Source: a virus (Duplodnaviria > Caudoviricetes). From it: DNA of 64,000 nucleotides. Where the stretch lies: positions 1,236 to 65,235 of the IMG/VR virus record IMGVR_UViG_3300002052_000213; one strand, given 5' to 3'. Each line of letters begins with the position of its first letter. Position 1 is the first letter of the stretch. Under the pieces are notes generated by a model. It did no database searches and was not told the DNA's origin. It saw only the letters and a program-made list of their open reading frames with translations. A program made the position numbers and the translations under genes. This document shows positions 60,017 through 64,000 of the stretch, in pieces.

Positions 60017-60994
60017 TTGGTTGAATTAGAAGAAATAGCAGGTCTTGGACCTAAAACATCAGAAGAATTAAGATCTAAAGGAATTAAAAATCCAGAAAAA
60101 CTTTCAACTATGAGAGCAGATGAACTTAAAGAAATTTTAAAAGTTAGTAGAGCTAAAGCAACTAAGATTATACAATCAGCTAAAATATTAGCTCCTTCTA
60201 TAACTTTTAAAACAGCTAAAGAAGTACTAGATTATAGAACCAAGCATATACAGTATATTAGCACTAATAGTAGAAAACTGGATTCTATATTATTTAAACA
60301 TGATAAGACTTCAGGTGGAGTACAAACAGATGCTATAACTGCACTTGCTGGTAACTTATCATCTGGTAAAACTCAGTTATGTCATCAATTAGTGTTGAAT
60401 ATGATATCTAAATTTAATAGAAAAGGTGCATGGATAGAAACAGAATCTCAAACATTTAAACCAGAAAGATTAACAGAAATGGCTCAAGGACAAGGTAAAG
60501 AAATAAACTTAGATGATGTATTAGTTGTTGAATCTCAAGATGTAGATGATCCTGTATCTTTGTTTAGAGCCTTAGAATACATAGAAGAGAAGATAAAAGA
60601 TGGAACAGATATTGGAATAATAATTATAGATTCATACTCTGCTCCATTTAGAGGATTCTATACTGGAAGAGAAATGCTTACACCTAGATCAGTAGAAACT
60701 GGAAGACATATGTTACTCATGAATAAGATAGCATCTAAGTATAATGTAGCTATAGTGTTAACTATTCAAACTATGGGAGTACCTGATGCTGGACAACAAC
60801 TAGGAGTACAGATGAAACAAGGAATTAAACATAAGTTGTATGGTGGATCAGTATTAGAACATGGTGTTACATTCTGGATATCTTGTTATCAAATATCTAG
60901 TACAGAAAATACTTGGGGATGTTGTACATTTGATTGTCCATTACCTAGAGATACTGCTGTATTTAGAATAGATGAATCGGGTATACGAGATTGA
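60017..60994 (+). CDS. radA: RadA-like recombinase
   Basis: N-terminal HhH (GLGPKT), Walker A GNLSSGKTQ, TFKPERL, Walker B IIIIDS, YTGREML, F.IDESGIRD. Confidence 0.93.
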   Translation: MVELEEIAGLGPKTSEELRSKGIKNPEKLSTMRADELKEILKVSRAKATKIIQSAKILAPSITFKTAKEVLDYRTKHIQYISTNSRKLDSILFKHDKTSGGVQTDAITALAGNLSSGKTQLCHQLVLNMISKFNRKGAWIETESQTFKPERLTEMAQGQGKEINLDDVLVVESQDVDDPVSLFRALEYIEEKIKDGTDIGIIIIDSYSAPFRGFYTGREMLTPRSVETGRHMLLMNKIASKYNVAIVLTIQTMGVPDAGQQLGVQMKQGIKHKLYGGSVLEHGVTFWISCYQISSTENTWGCCTFDCPLPRDTAVFRIDESGIRD

Positions 60995-61221
60995 TAACTA
61001 CCCTTTATTTTATAAAAGATAAAACTAAAGCAAAGATACTTGAAATTAGAAGTGGTAGAAGAGCTAGAAGTAGATTAGAAGCTTTAGGATTAACTTATGG
61101 AGAAATAATTGAGAAAGTATCTTCTCTAGAAGGAGGTCCTATTTTAATTAAAGTTAGAGAAAGTGTTATAGCTCTTGGAAGAGGAGAAGCATTAAAAGTA
61201 TATGTAGAGGTATCAGAATGA
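60991..61221 (+). CDS. feoA: FeoA-domain (SH3-like) protein
   Basis: RLEALGL..G...GPILIKVRESVIALGRGEA.KVYV. Confidence 0.88.
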   Translation: MITTLYFIKDKTKAKILEIRSGRRARSRLEALGLTYGEIIEKVSSLEGGPILIKVRESVIALGRGEALKVYVEVSE

Positions 61222-61478
61222 GTAATTCTCCTAAAGAACAATTTTATCAGATAATTATTAATTGGAATTTACCTTACTATGCTACTAAGGCTTTATTTAA
61301 GATATTAGAGAAATCAAAAACACCTAGAGAATTTGAATATAAAGTATTAGAATTATCCCATAAACTTAAGCAAGTAAGGAAGTTAAGTGATTATTATAAT
61401 GATAATTGGCATAGCGAACACTGTGAATGTAATGAATGCTTAGGTATTAAAAGAATGGCATGGAGAATAGATTTTTGA
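61218..61478 (+). CDS. Hypothetical protein with DYYxDNWH..CxCxxC motif
   Basis: Motif shared with 61830-62123. Confidence 0.55.
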   Translation: MSNSPKEQFYQIIINWNLPYYATKALFKILEKSKTPREFEYKVLELSHKLKQVRKLSDYYNDNWHSEHCECNECLGIKRMAWRIDF

Positions 61479-61813
61479 TAAACTGTTATTTCTGTCATAA
61501 AGAAGCTACAATTAGATGTGATTGGTGTAATACTCCATTTTGTAAGAAACATTTTAAAAGACACAATAATCTAGAATGTTACTGGATAGAAGAACAAGAA
61601 AGGATTAAGAAATATGGTTCAATTGTTTCAGTACAAAAGCCAAGTCTTCCAACTAGAGTATTAAGAACATCTGAATTAATAAAAAAGAGAAAGAGAAAGA
61701 AAATAGATTATTATGAATCCGCACTAGAAGATCCATTATTCTATATTCCAATATTAGGTCCAATTCTCCATTTTCTATCTTGGGATTATGCAGAAAGAGT
61801 ACAGAGAAATTGA
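61460..61813 (+). CDS. AN1/B-box-like zinc-finger protein
   Basis: CYFC...CDWC...FCKKH...H...C. Confidence 0.6.
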   Translation: MENRFLINCYFCHKEATIRCDWCNTPFCKKHFKRHNNLECYWIEEQERIKKYGSIVSVQKPSLPTRVLRTSELIKKRKRKKIDYYESALEDPLFYIPILGPILHFLSWDYAERVQRN

Positions 61814-61829
61814 TGAGGAAGAATAGATA

Positions 61830-62123
61830 ATGAATGATGAATCAGTTATGGAAAGAAAAAATTCAATATTAAAGAAGCTTTTTAAAGGATGGAAAATTCC
61901 TCAATTTATGCAGAAAGAAATTATGACAGCAATTATACAATCTAACTTAGACACCACATATAAATTAGCTTCATGGTTATTGATTTGGTCTGGGAAATTA
62001 GAGAATATGGCTAATGAATTACTAGATTATTATAGAGATAACTGGCATCATGTAGAATGTAGTTGTGATCTCTGTGAATATGAAAAATATAAAAGAGGAG
62101 ATTTTCCATATGATGAAAGTTAA
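61830..62123 (+). CDS. Hypothetical protein with DYYxDNWH..CxCxxC motif
   Basis: Motif shared with 61218-61478. Confidence 0.55.
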   Translation: MNDESVMERKNSILKKLFKGWKIPQFMQKEIMTAIIQSNLDTTYKLASWLLIWSGKLENMANELLDYYRDNWHHVECSCDLCEYEKYKRGDFPYDES

Positions 62124-62700
62124 ACTAATGGCGTACACTCAGAATCCAGAATTAACAATAACTAAAGCTATGAGGGGATGTAGACACAAAGATCCAGCAT
62201 ATAAAATAGAATTAGATAAACCAATAGAATACTACATTAGATTAGCTAAACAAAGTGGACATTATTCAGTGTTAGAACATGCTTCCTTTACTTTTTCTGT
62301 AGAAGGAATATCTAGAACTTGTTCTCATCAATTAGTTAGACATAGAATAGCTAGTTATAGTCAACAAAGTACTAGAGTTGTTAAACCTAAAGAAATAGTG
62401 ATTCCTAAATCTGTACAAGATGATATGAATTGGAATTTATATGTTCAAGATTTTCTAAAAAAAGTATGGATAGCATATGATGATATGGTTGAAAGTGGAA
62501 TACCAAGAGAAGATGCTAGATATTTCTTACCTATGGGAAGTACTACTAATATTGTAATCACTATGAATGGTAGAGAACTTCTGCACTTTTTTAAGTTAAG
62601 ATTACATCCACCTGCACAATGGGAGATACAAGAGTTAGCTAAGAGAATGTTAAAAGAAGTCAAGAATGTAGCTCCTACTATTTTTGAAGATGTAAAATAA
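62110..62700 (+). CDS. thyX: FAD-dependent thymidylate synthase ThyX
   Basis: GHYSVLEH, SR..SHQLVRHRIASYSQQSTR, EDARY.LP, AQWEI; likely start at ATG 62110. Confidence 0.95.
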   Translation: MMKVKLMAYTQNPELTITKAMRGCRHKDPAYKIELDKPIEYYIRLAKQSGHYSVLEHASFTFSVEGISRTCSHQLVRHRIASYSQQSTRVVKPKEIVIPKSVQDDMNWNLYVQDFLKKVWIAYDDMVESGIPREDARYFLPMGSTTNIVITMNGRELLHFFKLRLHPPAQWEIQELAKRMLKEVKNVAPTIFEDVK

Positions 62701-63179
62701 TGAAGATAGATGATTTAGTAGATATAGAATCACTTCAAGGAGTAGAATTAGAACTTAGTGAGTATACTTGGGAATGGTGTAAGTTACCATATCCTAATCA
62801 TCCTTATGGATGTCCTAATTATGGAAAGAAAGAAGTATGTCCTCCATGTCCTAAAATAAATGAAATAATGAGTGAACCATACATGCTAGTTGCAATAAGA
62901 TTTGATTTAGAGAGTTGGAGTAAACATATGAAGAATATGCATCCTACTTGGACAGATAGACAATGTAGAAATTTATTATATTGGCAGAAAGGAGTACTTT
63001 CTAGACTTAAGAAATATTGTGATGGTATTCTTAATGCTAATGATAATATGATAGCTACTTACGTTCCTGAAGCATTAGGAGTACAAGTTTTTAATACTGT
63101 ATTTAAATATGGTATCAAGCTTGAAAGAAACCCTAAGAAATATGTCTACAAAATAGCAATATTGGGGTTTAAAAAATAA
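62700..63179 (+). CDS. DUF2284-like metal-binding protein
   Basis: C...GCPNYGK..VCPP...PEALGVQV. Confidence 0.65.
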   Translation: MKIDDLVDIESLQGVELELSEYTWEWCKLPYPNHPYGCPNYGKKEVCPPCPKINEIMSEPYMLVAIRFDLESWSKHMKNMHPTWTDRQCRNLLYWQKGVLSRLKKYCDGILNANDNMIATYVPEALGVQVFNTVFKYGIKLERNPKKYVYKIAILGFKK

Positions 63180-63417
63180 TGGGAGAAACAATAGTAATAC
63201 CTATACCAATTGAACATGGAATTGCTGGAGTAATATTTGTATTTATTGTAACTTTTATAATTATGTATTATTGGCATAAGAGATTTCCAGAGATAATATA
63301 AAATGAATTATAGTATTAGAATCTATATAGGAGAAGATATCTATTCACATGATGAGAGAGAAGATTTCATTGTAGATGTCATTAAACCATTAATGTGACA
63401 TTAATGAATATCATGTA

Positions 63418-63861
63418 TTGTATGAAACTATGGCATACCATTATCCTAATGGAGCTGTAACATATGGAGATGCATATATAGCTTTAAGAGTACAAGCCAC
63501 TAAAGAACAAATACATTCTATAATATCTTCATTAGAGAAGCTAGATACTAAATATGATGCACTACCTTACTTTCTTCTAGAAGATGCATATAATAGAATA
63601 ACTAGAAAATATGGAATACAAGATTACTTTAAAAATTATCATGAAGGATGGCATTATTCATTTATATCACAAGATCAGAAAGTAGAGGAATTTGTTAAAC
63701 TCCTAAAAGTATTTGGTAAATGTGCTAACATTATACAAGATGAATTTGGTAGAGTACCTAAAGATAGTTGGTTAATGTCAGTACTTATACATTTGATATT
63801 GAATAGTTTAGGATTTACACATAAACAAGAGGAAAAGGTAAGGGAGTTTAGGTATATATGA
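63418..63861 (+). CDS. Hypothetical protein
   Basis: Co-oriented ORF. Confidence 0.5.
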   Translation: MYETMAYHYPNGAVTYGDAYIALRVQATKEQIHSIISSLEKLDTKYDALPYFLLEDAYNRITRKYGIQDYFKNYHEGWHYSFISQDQKVEEFVKLLKVFGKCANIIQDEFGRVPKDSWLMSVLIHLILNSLGFTHKQEEKVREFRYI

Positions 63862-64000
63862 AAATAGCAATAGTTGGTGCAGAAGAATCTAAATGGAATA
63901 AAACACAGAAAGCATGGGCACAATATCATATTATAAACATACTAGTTAATCCTTGTGTTATTTCTTATAAAGGAGAGAGTGAAGGATACTGTAGAACAGA
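63858..64000 (+). CDS. Partial ORF running off the window (MKIAIVG..., possibly SLOG-like)
   Basis: ATGA overlap with the previous gene; open to the window end. Confidence 0.4.
   Translation, partial: MKIAIVGAEESKWNKTQKAWAQYHIINILVNPCVISYKGESEGYCRT

Larger units (their letters stand above)
1..64000. mobile_element. Archaeal tailed virus (Caudoviricetes) genome fragment
   Basis: TerL, portal, HK97-like capsid, neck, tail tube, tape measure and tailspikes plus PolB/RadA/ThyX; dense overlapping genes; no host rRNA/tRNA operons, no integrase seen. Confidence 0.95.

Noticed and set aside
1-64000. tRNA or rRNA genes
   Set aside because: Intergenic gaps are short and AT-rich, and no cloverleaf or GC-rich structured RNA was noticed; a tRNA scan was not run

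Overview
AT-rich fragment of an archaeal tailed virus (Caudoviricetes, siphovirus-like). The host is most likely Thermoproteota/TACK (e.g. Bathyarchaeia) or Asgard, inferred from an eS30 ribosomal protein, archaeal RadA, an OGG2-type glycosylase, TATA-like promoters and GGTGA/GAGG ribosome-binding sites. A ~53 kb minus-strand arm (56008->2994) carries, in order: SSB-like protein, ParB-like protein, PolB, a membrane-protein plus trypsin-protease cassette, portal, a nucleotide-metabolism cluster, eS30, a 12-gene sugar-modification/sulfate-activation island, a degenerate ligase plus LigD-phosphoesterase pair, and the head, neck, tail and tailspike genes. Plus-strand blocks encode the terminase (81-2992, intein in TerL) and DHH nuclease, ParB-like protein, RadA, FeoA and ThyX (56107-64000). 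Highlights are the CysD-linked glycan-decoration island, viral eS30, a hidden -1 frameshift in the tail chaperone, non-canonical CTG/ATA starts, and two long tandem-repeat structural proteins. All assignments come from motif recognition by eye; no database searches were run.
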